Origin: Kiritimatiella glycovorans | Lineage (GTDB): Bacteria > Verrucomicrobiota > Kiritimatiellia > Kiritimatiellales > Kiritimatiellaceae | Length of the DNA: 32,000 bases | Assembly (NCBI RefSeq): GCF_001017655.1 | Contig: NZ_CP010904.1 | Location: 1,260,001-1,292,000 of the forward strand | Direction of reading: 5' to 3' | Shown: positions 14,474 to 23,461 of the stretch, one piece after another | Position numbering within the stretch: the stretch's first letter is position 1 | Layout: each line of letters opens with the position of its first letter | Notes under the pieces: generated by a model | The model's database searches: none | The model's input: only the letters and a program-made list of their open reading frames with translations | What the model was told of the DNA's origin: nothing | Translations under genes and position numbers: made by a program

Positions 14474-17158
14474 TTAATCTGAGAGGCGGCGCATAGCTTC
14501 GTCGGCGTCCCTCGCGGCCGGAAGATAGAATTCACGCATTCCGATGATTCGCTCCGCCCACCAGGCATCAGGGTTCTCGTATTCGAGGGCTCGCCCGAAA
14601 GTTTCCGCGAAAACGGCAGCGCCAGTCACATAGCCGACGCGATCCCGGACGATTTCCCGGAAGGCCGGGAGCGCTTCCGCGGCCAGCCCCCCGAGGCGTT
14701 GATGGTAACTCTGCGCCACCTTGATCCGCTGGTTGTCGCCCCGACACCGTAACTCCTCCGCCATAGCCGGAAAGGCCAAATCCTTCCGCCCGAGAAGGCA
14801 AAGGGCTTCGCCGGCCGCCAAACGAACTTCGGGGGCTTCGTCCTCTTCGAGACGGGCTTGCAAGTCCAGCAGGGCGGGCCTCGCCGATTCGCCCAAGGCC
14901 GTTAAGCCCTGCACCGCCCACCAGCGGACGGCAGCGTCCGACGAGTCCAAGTACGAACGAAATGCTTCGAGATCGGAGGGCTCGGCCGAAGCCACCCGAT
15001 CGGCCAACCCGAGCAATCTTTCGAGCGGGAAGCGTTGCGGGTCGTTTCCGAGTTCCAACACAGGACCGTTCCCGGCGAGGCGGCGCATCTCGAGTTCGGG
15101 CAACAAACCGAGATCGCGGCTCTCGATCATCCAGGTATGCAGCGCACCGCGCAGGCGCTCCAAATCCGCTTGGAATGCCGGGTCATCCGCGAGGTTCTCT
15201 TGTTGCCAAGGATCGGCCTGGAGGTCGTACAACTCTTCGGGCGGCCGCAGCAAAAAGTGATGGCGAAGGCGACCTTCGGGCAGCCGATTCTCGATAATCG
15301 CCCGTTGAAATTCCGTAAGGAGAGCCGGAGCCTGGAGCACGGAGTAAGCCTTTTCGACTCCACGAAGGTGCGGCAGTAACCGCCGGATGTAGAGAAAACG
15401 CTCGTCGCGGACGGACCTCATCGGATCGAACCAAGTCCCAATCCGGTCTCGGATGCCAAAGACATACCGGCGCGGCTCAGCTTCCGGGCCGAAAAATGGC
15501 TGCCCCTGCATCGCCTCCGGGACGGGAAGATCGAGCAGCGACAAGAGCGTGGGTGCAAAATCCTCGAAACTCACCAGCTGCGTCAGGACGCTGCCGTCCG
15601 GGGGGAAACCGGAGGGCCGCCATTTTTCGGGGACGTGGACGAAAAACGGAACCCTTAGACCTTCTTCGTAAAGAAGGCCCTTGCCACCGCGCGCGCCCAT
15701 TCCGTTGTCACCGAAGACGAATAAGATGGTGTCCTCCTCCCACCCGTTTTCCGCAAGAACCTCCAAGACATCGCCTATTTGGGCGTCGACCTCGGTGCCG
15801 GCCTCGAGGTATTGGGCCCAGTATTCCCGCGTCGCCGGAACGTCCGGGTAAAAGGGCGGCAACCGAACCTGCCCCCGCGACTGGTATTGCGCGGGCTGCA
15901 GGCGCGTGCAACGCTGCTGATGGTAAGCCTCCTCGTCATTCGGGTAGCCATACTGAGATTGATGGGTTCTGCCGAGGGAGTACATCGCGAAGAATGGTTG
16001 CCCGCCGGCCCGTTCGCGAATGACTTCAGCCGCGTCGCGAAAAGTTTGCGGAGCGGCTGACATCGGTATGTTCAGGGCCGCATCCCAACCCCTCGGCCAA
16101 GCATAGGGCGTGTCGAGATTGAAATCCCGTTTGTTGACCAGATTAAAAAATCCCTGCCCGGAAAGGATCGCAGGGAGGACCGGAACCCGGTCCCCGATCC
16201 GCACTTTGCTCCGCATTTGATGACCGCCGGTCGTTACCGGGGACATGCCCGTGATCAAAGTAGTGCGTGCAGGTGCGGAAACGGGGGCGTGGCTGAAGGC
16301 GTTTGCGAAACGGATTCCGTCGGCCGCCAAGCCGTCCAAATTTGGTGTGATTGCGTCCGGGTCACCATAGGACCCCACCTGAACCGAAAAATCCTCCATC
16401 ATGAGCCAAAGCACGTTCGGCTGTTCTTTCTCTACCGACGAATTCGGTTCCTCGACCCGCGCTTCGCGCAGGAGGGCGACATCCGCTTGCCCGGTCACGT
16501 TGAAAGCGAGGTGAGACCATGCCGGGGACTCGTCTTCCCAAGAAAAAGAGATGGATGCAATCGTGCCCTCGGTGGTATTCCCGACCTCGGCTGTTCCTTT
16601 TCGGTTGACCGCATCCAACGAAAGACAAAGCTCCAGCTTGTCGCCCTCTGAAAAGCTCACCCGTTTCCTGCCTTCCGAGTGGAATCCTTCGACCGACCCG
16701 CCGACCTCTATGGTGCCATTCGGAAAGACGCGAATGAACAAACTGTCCGTGGAGCGCTGGTTAATCAATAAGCGATCGTCCGGAACGGCCGCCTCCAAAC
16801 CCATGTATATCCCGCGCACTCCCTCGGAGCCGGGGGTCCAAGACCAGCGCGATAGAACCCGCGTCTCTTCGTCGAAGGAATACGGCAAGCGGAGCACATT
16901 TCCGAGGCGGCCGAGGTTCATATTTGCCCAAGCGCCACGCGAACCCGGCGAGCCTCCGAAGGAGGGACGACCTTGAACAGCCTGCCAACGCACGCTCGCT
17001 CCATCCGCCACAACCCCGTCGACAGGGTCGCCGACCAAAATCTCCTCCCGTGCGGAAACACCGGAACCAAAATCGAAGGTTTCCGTCAAAGCGGCTTTCG
17101 CTTCGCCGGCCATGGCTGCGAACCAGAGCGAGACCAAAGACAAGCTGGATAACTTCAT
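14474..17158 (-). CDS. Secreted multi-domain sulfatase (Ser-type S-x-P-x-R motif) with an N-terminal ~240-aa extra domain and C-terminal HEAT-like repeats
   Basis: 894-aa ORF with RBS AAGGAAG and signal peptide MKLSSLSLVSLWFAAMAGEAKA. Sulfatase core: NVLWLMMEDF, SHAPVSAPARTTLITG (S-A-P-A-R encoded at 16279-16265, Ser codon TCC), GRTHQ, FVFGDNG. The C-terminus carries AVRWWAVQGL/EVRLAAGEAL-type HEAT repeats. Confidence 0.88.
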   Translation of the reverse strand: MKLSSLSLVSLWFAAMAGEAKAALTETFDFGSGVSAREEILVGDPVDGVVADGASVRWQAVQGRPSFGGSPGSRGAWANMNLGRLGNVLRLPYSFDEETRVLSRWSWTPGSEGVRGIYMGLEAAVPDDRLLINQRSTDSLFIRVFPNGTIEVGGSVEGFHSEGRKRVSFSEGDKLELCLSLDAVNRKGTAEVGNTTEGTIASISFSWEDESPAWSHLAFNVTGQADVALLREARVEEPNSSVEKEQPNVLWLMMEDFSVQVGSYGDPDAITPNLDGLAADGIRFANAFSHAPVSAPARTTLITGMSPVTTGGHQMRSKVRIGDRVPVLPAILSGQGFFNLVNKRDFNLDTPYAWPRGWDAALNIPMSAAPQTFRDAAEVIRERAGGQPFFAMYSLGRTHQSQYGYPNDEEAYHQQRCTRLQPAQYQSRGQVRLPPFYPDVPATREYWAQYLEAGTEVDAQIGDVLEVLAENGWEEDTILFVFGDNGMGARGGKGLLYEEGLRVPFFVHVPEKWRPSGFPPDGSVLTQLVSFEDFAPTLLSLLDLPVPEAMQGQPFFGPEAEPRRYVFGIRDRIGTWFDPMRSVRDERFLYIRRLLPHLRGVEKAYSVLQAPALLTEFQRAIIENRLPEGRLRHHFLLRPPEELYDLQADPWQQENLADDPAFQADLERLRGALHTWMIESRDLGLLPELEMRRLAGNGPVLELGNDPQRFPLERLLGLADRVASAEPSDLEAFRSYLDSSDAAVRWWAVQGLTALGESARPALLDLQARLEEDEAPEVRLAAGEALCLLGRKDLAFPAMAEELRCRGDNQRIKVAQSYHQRLGGLAAEALPAFREIVRDRVGYVTGAAVFAETFGRALEYENPDAWWAERIIGMREFYLPAARDADEAMRRLSD

Positions 17159-17210
17159 GAAACTTCCTTAAGGCATTACTGGTGCCTCAATAATAGCTTC
17201 ACAGCGACCG

Positions 17211-17927
17211 TTAGCACCGCCGCATGTGTCGGCGAAGCACCAACGCACTTAAGGACATTACAACAAATATACTAATCGATGTAGGCTCCGGAACTACAGA
17301 AATATTATCCATTAATACCGTCTGGGTTGTCGGTGTGCCGTTTCTTGCGACCATGCCGTAATAATAGGTTCCAGTAGCATCTTTGAATCCACCCCACAAC
17401 GTTCCTTCAACCTCGGCTTGCTCAAGCTCTGTCGTCGTATAGGTGAGTGTCCACCTATTGGTATTGGTCTGGTCTTTAAAACGAGTCACCGTAAGTGTGG
17501 AGCTATAGTCTGCGTTGTAATTCGACAGCGATACATCTTTACCGCTCGCCGCGGGGCTCTGAAGTGAGTAACTGCCGTCCCAATAACTCAACTGAATATT
17601 ATTCTCATTTACAGAAGAATTCAGGCTCTGACTGAAAGCTAATCCGGCCCGGTCACCCTCAGTTCCAAGACCGTGAATTTCAATGGATACGGTTTCACCG
17701 ACATCAAACGTATCATCGTTACGCATCAGGTGCGATATAGTATTAAAACTGTTCGTCGGCGCAAAACGTTCGTTATCCCTGGCGTACATTGCAAGGTTGC
17801 TGGATCCAGAACTAATATAACCACTATAGTTTGCAGAGGTATCCGAACTGAAGTCATCAATTATACCACCGAAGACATAATTTGATATGACCAATACAGC
17901 TACACCCACGATATTTTGCTTCTTCAT
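17211..17927 (-). CDS. Secreted PEP-CTERM-anchored protein of unknown function (AT-rich gene)
   Basis: 238-aa ORF with RBS GAGGAG and signal peptide MKKQNIVGVAVLVISNYVFG. Canonical C-terminal VPEPTSISIFVVMSLSALVLRRHMRRC. The body is Ser/Thr/Asn-rich and looks like a beta-sandwich. Confidence 0.8.
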   Translation of the reverse strand: MKKQNIVGVAVLVISNYVFGGIIDDFSSDTSANYSGYISSGSSNLAMYARDNERFAPTNSFNTISHLMRNDDTFDVGETVSIEIHGLGTEGDRAGLAFSQSLNSSVNENNIQLSYWDGSYSLQSPAASGKDVSLSNYNADYSSTLTVTRFKDQTNTNRWTLTYTTTELEQAEVEGTLWGGFKDATGTYYYGMVARNGTPTTQTVLMDNISVVPEPTSISIFVVMSLSALVLRRHMRRC

Positions 17928-18258
17928 GATTACTCCTCTCTATTTTCCTAATTCAAGCAGACGTTTCTCCGCCTGACCTTTCCCTTCGAACGATATCGTT
18001 AAATAATCTGATGATATATTTCCATTTATAATTATTGCAATAATTGTGCATTGTTACACAAATGCGACATTCTCCGTGGCTCACCCCCATTTTTGGACTG
18101 CAGGTCGCTGAAAATATAGTGGACCTGCGCATCCCCGATTCCTCTTTTCGCGATCAGCTCCCACTTAATTCTGATGCCGTCGCGTAGCGGAGCCCGTCCC
18201 CGAAGGGGCGGCCCGGAGGTTCGTGGGTGGAGCGCAGCGACGGCATCGTCGGCACCCT

Positions 18259-18717
18259 TCAAGAGGGTGCTGCCTGTTGAGGCTCTTGCAGAACCCCTCG
18301 TGACGAACGCCGCAGGCGGGCGGTGCGAGGGGTTCTGTAAGTGAACATGGCGCGTCCGTGCTGGTCTGGGTGCGTCCGTGCGTGTGAGGGACCGAAAAGG
18401 GCTTCTTTTGAGCGCAAGGCCATTTTCGGATCGCGGGTCTCGTTCGCGTGCGAGAGGCCGTTGCGGCTCGGCGAATTTGCACCACGGATGCGGGCCATCG
18501 GCGCCCCATGGGCGCACAGCGCGTCCACAACGTCGTTCAGACCGATCGCGTGGGTGAATTTCGCATAGATTATACTCACCAGTCGGCTCCAGGGCGTGAT
18601 ACCCCTCGACTTGATCCCGTGCTTGCGCGCATCTTTCGGCACAATATGCGACGGAATGAGTTCACATGCCTGACGAAAAATGGCACTCTTGCCCGCGGCT
18701 CGACTGACTAGCATCAC
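18259..18717 (-). pseudogene. IS4-family (DUF4372-type N-terminus) transposase remnant
   Basis: The first ~100 aa match the N-terminal pattern of DUF4372/IS4 transposases (...FTHAIGLNDVVDAL......NGLSHANETRD). The sequence then degenerates. A possible C-terminal fragment (RIKWELIAKR, compare RW.IE..FK) lies in another frame near 18100-18170. This GC-rich block sits inside an AT-rich region. Confidence 0.55.
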
Positions 18718-18850
18718 GCAATCTCCCCTGACCTGCTCTCAAAGAAGATTGTAGCCAGTTAGTCAGCCAGCGCAATTTCCGTACCTCTTGAGTGGGACGC
18801 TGGTACAATAGAATAGCAGGATATTAGGATTATAAGGCTAATATAGAAGC

Positions 18851-20008
18851 ATGTCACACCTTAGCTGCACTCAAAATATTGCCGTTGTGATTAATCCAGA
18901 GCAACCTGTTGTCGTGCGACTATTTGAGGGCTTTTTTAACTATATTCAAAACACTCGAAAAGATTGGCGTTTGATTCCTTGCAACTCGCGCCACCACTCC
19001 GCCCCCAAAGATTTGGGCAACACCTTTGATGGCGCGATTGCCCTGCCACCTTACACCTGCTTCCTTGAGCGACAGCAATTTCCAACAGTTCTTATTCGAG
19101 ATCAGACCTGCAACATTACCAGCGAAGTTAGCTGTGTTGAAATTAACCAGTCAAAGGTCATCAGCATCGGCGTTGAGCATTTATCTCATCTGGGACTGAA
19201 ACGCATACACTTCTTAAGCGACATCTACGTCGATGGAATGGAGTGGCTTTTGCTAAGGGAGAAAATGTTCGGCACTGCCTGTAAAAGCATAGGCGCAGAA
19301 TACTCCATATTTCGAGCAAAGAGTGGTCAGACAAACTCGGTTGATCGATTAATCGGCTGGTTAAAAACATTGGCCTATCCCTGCGGAGTTCTTGCAGCAA
19401 ACGATTCCAAAGCAATGGATATTCTTGAAGCTGCCAGTATTCTGGGAATTTCAATTCCAGATAAAATGGCGGTCGTCGGCATTGACAACCACCCCATTAT
19501 CGCACGGTATTCCACGCCGACGCTGACCAGTATTTCACTAAACTATGCCCGGATAGGATATGTTGCCGCCGAACTGCTGGATGGGCTGATAACATCCCGT
19601 GATACAACACCGCACACTCTCCGGTTTTCGGATATGCACCTGTATGAGCGAGAATCCTCCAACGCTATATTAATTCAGGATCCATTGCTTCAACGGGCCG
19701 TCGATTATATTTCCCAACACTTTAATAAGCCCGACTGCCTGGAAGGTATGTATAAAACCCTAGGAGCCAGCTCCGTGACCATAAATCGCCGTTTTAAACA
19801 GGAGCTGTCGTGCACGGCCGTGAAACACTTGGCACTTGTACGTATTCGTAAATCAGCTTATATGCTGAAAAACAGTACTAATACTATAAAAGAGATAGCA
19901 TTCGCTACAGGCTTTAATACTCAACAATACTTTACACATGTATTTCGCCGTTATACAGGAAAATCACCTAAAGAATGGCGATATGATAACAACGGTATTA
20001 GCATGTAG
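18851..20008 (+). CDS. XylR-like transcriptional regulator (periplasmic-binding-protein-like sensor domain plus AraC-type HTH)
   Basis: 385-aa AT-rich ORF. The N-terminal domain is LacI/PBP-like (VGIDNHPIIARYSTPTLTSISLNYARIGYVAAELL). The C-terminus has AraC HTH motifs (IKEIAFATGFNTQQYFTHVFRRYTGKSPKEWR). Confidence 0.88.
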   Translation: MSHLSCTQNIAVVINPEQPVVVRLFEGFFNYIQNTRKDWRLIPCNSRHHSAPKDLGNTFDGAIALPPYTCFLERQQFPTVLIRDQTCNITSEVSCVEINQSKVISIGVEHLSHLGLKRIHFLSDIYVDGMEWLLLREKMFGTACKSIGAEYSIFRAKSGQTNSVDRLIGWLKTLAYPCGVLAANDSKAMDILEAASILGISIPDKMAVVGIDNHPIIARYSTPTLTSISLNYARIGYVAAELLDGLITSRDTTPHTLRFSDMHLYERESSNAILIQDPLLQRAVDYISQHFNKPDCLEGMYKTLGASSVTINRRFKQELSCTAVKHLALVRIRKSAYMLKNSTNTIKEIAFATGFNTQQYFTHVFRRYTGKSPKEWRYDNNGISM

Positions 20009-20207
20009 TATACGATATATATCAGCGGTCACTTGAAGAGTGTACGCAGCTGGTGTTTTACGAGTTCCAGGTAGAAGCACGGATGATATCCTTGGATATA
20101 TTGATTGTGACAAGCTCCTATTAGATACTCCGCAACTATGCCCTTACCGCTTTCATGACATCGAACGCATTACTTCAACGGGCGAAGCGTCGGCGCTGTG
20201 AGCGGGG

Positions 20208-21017
20208 TCACGGGGACGAGACGGGAGATCGCTGGCGCAGGGCCTCGTACATCATCAGCACGGCCGCGGAGGCCACGTTGAGCGAGTCGTTCCGGCCGCA
20301 CATCGGGATTGAGACGAGCTCGTGCGAGGCCTCCCGGATCGTTTCCGTCAGACCGTACTGTTCCGCACCGACCGCGAGGGCGACGGAGCCGGTCATATCG
20401 CATTCGAAATAATTCCGTTGCGCACCCGGAACCGCGGAGATCAGACGGATGTCTTTCGCGGACAGCCAGGCAAGGGTGGTTTCGAGCCCGGCTTCGGCGA
20501 CCGGCATGTAAAAGAGGGTTCCCACGCTCGCCCGGATCACGTTGGGATTATTGAGATCGGTTTTTCCGTCGCAGACGATCACCGCATCGACTCCGGCCGC
20601 ATCGGCGGAGCGCAGAATCGTGCCGAGGTTGCCGGGTTTCTCGATCTGTTCGACCACGAGCAGCACCGGATTCGGGGGCAGCGCGAGGTCGTCCAGGCCG
20701 CGCCGCACGAGCGGGGCGACGGCGAGCAGTCCGTCCGGGCGGTCGCGGTAGGACATTTTCCGGAACACGGGTTCGGCACATTCCACCAGCTCCGCCCCCA
20801 TGGACCGGCAACGCTCGATGAGTCCTGCTTCGTTGTCTCCCAGAAAAAGCGGAGAACAGACGAACAGCGTCTCGACCGGCCATCCGCTTTCCGCCGCCCG
20901 AAGCAGTTCGCGGTATCCCTCGACGAGCGTCCGGCCCGTCCTGCGCCGCTCCGAGGGCTTCCGCAGGCGTACCGCCGCCTTTACTCCCGGATTTCGCATG
21001 CTGTCGATCCGCTGCAC
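20208..21017 (-). CDS. TrmH/SpoU-family RNA 2'-O-methyltransferase
   Basis: 269-aa ORF with SpoU motifs PGNLGTILRSADAAGVDAVIV, GAEQYGL and IPMCGRNDSLNVASAAVLMMYEA. Confidence 0.88.
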   Translation of the reverse strand: MQRIDSMRNPGVKAAVRLRKPSERRRTGRTLVEGYRELLRAAESGWPVETLFVCSPLFLGDNEAGLIERCRSMGAELVECAEPVFRKMSYRDRPDGLLAVAPLVRRGLDDLALPPNPVLLVVEQIEKPGNLGTILRSADAAGVDAVIVCDGKTDLNNPNVIRASVGTLFYMPVAEAGLETTLAWLSAKDIRLISAVPGAQRNYFECDMTGSVALAVGAEQYGLTETIREASHELVSIPMCGRNDSLNVASAAVLMMYEALRQRSPVSSP

Positions 21018-21094
21018 CGGAACACCGCCTCTTGACGTTGATCGATTTCAGGACAAAACTTGTCGTACTGTAAGAGATAGCCCTGACGGATGCC

Positions 21095-21748
21095 ATGCGA
21101 ATATGGATCACAATCTGTGTAACGGTCTTATGGATCCTCCCGGCGGACGCCACGCGCGGATCTTCGGACTGGTCGCGCTATCAACCCATCCTCGAACGCC
21201 GTCCTTTCGCGGTAAAGATCGAGGCGTCTTCGTCGGATGGAAAATCGGCCGCGGCTTCACAGCAGAGCGAGGCGCTGGCCCGCGATTTTCGTCTGTGTAC
21301 GATCTACGAAGGATTTGACGGAGACCTGCGCGCCGGCCTCATCCACCGGCGCTCGAAGAAGAGCATGATTCTCCGCATGGGAGAGACCCGTGAAGGGCTG
21401 CATCTCGACCACGTGGATCTTCAGACCGGGTGCATCACGCTCAGCAGCATCGACGGGCGCACGGCCGTCCTCGAACTGACCGCCGCGTCCGAATCCGCCC
21501 CCGTTCCGGGGCAACCGGGCACCGGCGACAAGATCTCGAGATCCGAACCCAAGGAAAAATCGCCTCGCGAGGCGCGGAAGTCACGCGTTCCGACTCCCAG
21601 GCCACAGTTGACCGGCGAGGAGCTGGAACAACACCTGCGGGAATACCAGATGGAAGTCCTCCGCAAAGGTCAGCCCCCGCTCCCGATCCCCCTCACCGAG
21701 GAAATGGACGATCAGCTCGTGCGCGAAGGCGTGCTGCCGCCCAGATAG
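21095..21748 (+). CDS. Hypothetical exported protein (weak GspC/PilP-like beta-domain pattern)
   Basis: 217-aa ORF. It has an N-terminal hydrophobic segment, an ILERRPF motif, then FRLCTIYEG...AGLIHRRSKKSMILRMGETREGLHLDHVDLQTGCITL. A hairpin with a T5 tract follows the stop. Confidence 0.5.
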   Translation: MRIWITICVTVLWILPADATRGSSDWSRYQPILERRPFAVKIEASSSDGKSAAASQQSEALARDFRLCTIYEGFDGDLRAGLIHRRSKKSMILRMGETREGLHLDHVDLQTGCITLSSIDGRTAVLELTAASESAPVPGQPGTGDKISRSEPKEKSPREARKSRVPTPRPQLTGEELEQHLREYQMEVLRKGQPPLPIPLTEEMDDQLVREGVLPPR

Positions 21749-21756
21749 GCTCCAGG

Positions 21757-21782
21757 GTGCGCTGACCGCGTCAGCACTTTTT
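21757..21782 (+). terminator. Probable intrinsic terminator after the 21095-21748 gene
   Basis: Stem GTGC(GC)TGAC / GTCAGCAC (8 bp with a 2-nt bulge), 3-nt loop, TTTTT at 21778-21782. A second perfect 10-bp hairpin GAGCGGTGAT/ATCACCGCTC follows at 21785-21809. Confidence 0.5.
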
Positions 21783-21842
21783 CAGAGCGGTGATGCCGGA
21801 TCACCGCTCTCCGGGACACGGCACAACGGTCTCACTGCTTTC

Positions 21843-22943
21843 TCACGTCCCCGCCAGAAACTCGATCACGTCGCCGTCGCGGACGACGTAGTCTTTTCCC
21901 TCTTCGCGCATGAGCCCTTTATCGCGGCAGCCCTTCTCGCCGCCGTGACCGATAAAATCGTCGTATGCGATCACACGTGCGCGGATGAATCCCCGCTCGA
22001 AATCGGTATGAATCTTCCCGGCCGCCTCTGGCGCTTTGGCGCCCCGGCGCACCGTCCAGGCGCGGACTTCCTTGGGTCCGGCCGTGAAGAACGTGATCAA
22101 TCCCAGCGTGTGGTACGCGGCATGGACGAGGCGATCGAGTCCCCGTTCCCCCAGTCCGAGCTCCTCGCGCATACCTTCCGCCTCCTCCGCGTCGAATTCG
22201 CGCAGATCCTCCTCTTCGCGCGCACAGATCTCCACGAGGTCCACCCCGCGCTGACCGGTGCGCTCACGGAGCCGGTCGACCGCCGTTTGCGATTCGTGTC
22301 GTCCGGACGTATCGGTGTTGGCGCAGTAGAGGATCGGCTTGGCGGTCAGCAGCGGCACGGCCCGGAGAAGGTCGGCGAGAGGACCTCCGGGCGGCTCCTC
22401 GGCCGTTGTCGCCGGTCGGCCCTCGCCCAGCCGGGCGAGCAGGCGGTCGATCACCTCGATTTGCGCCTGCCAGGTGCGGTCGCCCCGCACCCACTTCTCC
22501 ACTTTTTCGCGTCGCCGCTCGAGGGTCTCGATGTCGGCCAGCATCAGCTCGGTTTCGATCACATCCGCATCGCGGCACGGATCCATGCCGCCCCCGACGT
22601 GCGCGATGTTGTCGTCGTGAAAGCAGCGGATCACGTGCAGCAGGGCATCCGCGAGCCGGACTTCGGCCAGGAACCGGTTCCCGAGCCCTTCGCCACGGCT
22701 CGCGCCTTCCACCAGGCCCGCGATATCGGCAAACTCCACGGCGGTCGGCACGACTTTGGCCGGCCGCGCAATTTCGGCGATGGCCTCCAGTCGCGGATCG
22801 CGCACCGGAACCGCCGCACGGTTCGATTCGATGGTGCAGAACGGGTAGTTCGCCGTCTCCGCGCGCGCTTCCGTGGAGAGGGCGTTGAAAACCGTGGATT
22901 TGCCCACATTGGGCAGCCCTACAATGCCGATATGTACACTCAT
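21843..22943 (-). CDS. ychF: Ribosome-binding ATPase YchF
   Basis: Start placed at MSVHIGIVGLPNVGKSTVFNAL (P-loop); the 22 codons upstream in the track ORF are not conserved-looking. Full-length YchF features include the C-terminal TGS-like region KIHTDFERGFIRA. Confidence 0.93.
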   Translation of the reverse strand: MSVHIGIVGLPNVGKSTVFNALSTEARAETANYPFCTIESNRAAVPVRDPRLEAIAEIARPAKVVPTAVEFADIAGLVEGASRGEGLGNRFLAEVRLADALLHVIRCFHDDNIAHVGGGMDPCRDADVIETELMLADIETLERRREKVEKWVRGDRTWQAQIEVIDRLLARLGEGRPATTAEEPPGGPLADLLRAVPLLTAKPILYCANTDTSGRHESQTAVDRLRERTGQRGVDLVEICAREEEDLREFDAEEAEGMREELGLGERGLDRLVHAAYHTLGLITFFTAGPKEVRAWTVRRGAKAPEAAGKIHTDFERGFIRARVIAYDDFIGHGGEKGCRDKGLMREEGKDYVVRDGDVIEFLAGT

Positions 22944-23053
22944 CCGTATCGCCTTCCGGTCAGGAGTTCCGGGCCGCGAACAAAGCGGCTTTCCGGTAAA
23001 GCGGGACACTCTGATCGATCACCGGCCGGAATTCAACACCGGGAGGCCCTGAA

Positions 23054-23197
23054 CAGCGATTCTCATTATGGCTTCACCCTTTTCGGTCGGGGTGGCACCC
23101 GCCCCTCCCAATGCCCGAAAAGGCGTCGGATAACGACTCGGGAGGGACGGCTGCCACGCCGTCCGCAGTCGGAATGCGGCCATAATGAGAACGGCTG
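23054..23197 (+). mobile_element. 144-bp MITE-like element, copy 4 (most diverged)
   Basis: 139/144 identical to copy 1. Flanking 9-bp repeats GGCCCTGAA (23045-23053) and GGCACTGAA (23198-23206). It lies about 110 bp upstream of the ychF start. Confidence 0.85.
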
Positions 23198-23244
23198 GGC
23201 ACTGAAACCTCGAAATCCCGCCCGCACTCTGTTTCCATAACGGT

Positions 23245-23457
23245 ATGGACGCTCTAATCACCATGGGGATCGCCACGCTCGCCGCCCTGATCATGCTCGG
23301 CCTGCTCGCCTTCGCCGTGCACCGGAACTCCCGAAGCCGTTCCCGGGACGATGAAGGGGCCGGCGAACGCGAACATTGCCCCTTCTGCGGGAAGGCGAAG
23401 TCCCGCGGCGATCGGGAGGACGGCGCCGTGAACGGGTCTGAAGACCCGGGCCGCTAG
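23245..23457 (+). CDS. Small single-pass membrane protein (hypothetical)
   Basis: 70-aa ORF with strong GC3 bias, one TM helix (ITMGIATLAALIMLGLLAFAV), and a charged tail containing CPFCGK. No clear RBS. Confidence 0.45.
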   Translation: MDALITMGIATLAALIMLGLLAFAVHRNSRSRSRDDEGAGEREHCPFCGKAKSRGDREDGAVNGSEDPGR

Positions 23458-23461
23458 GGGT

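Noticed and set aside
21945-23240. 431-aa plus-strand ORF
   Set aside because: Antisense to ychF, and it extends through MITE copy 4. No motifs.
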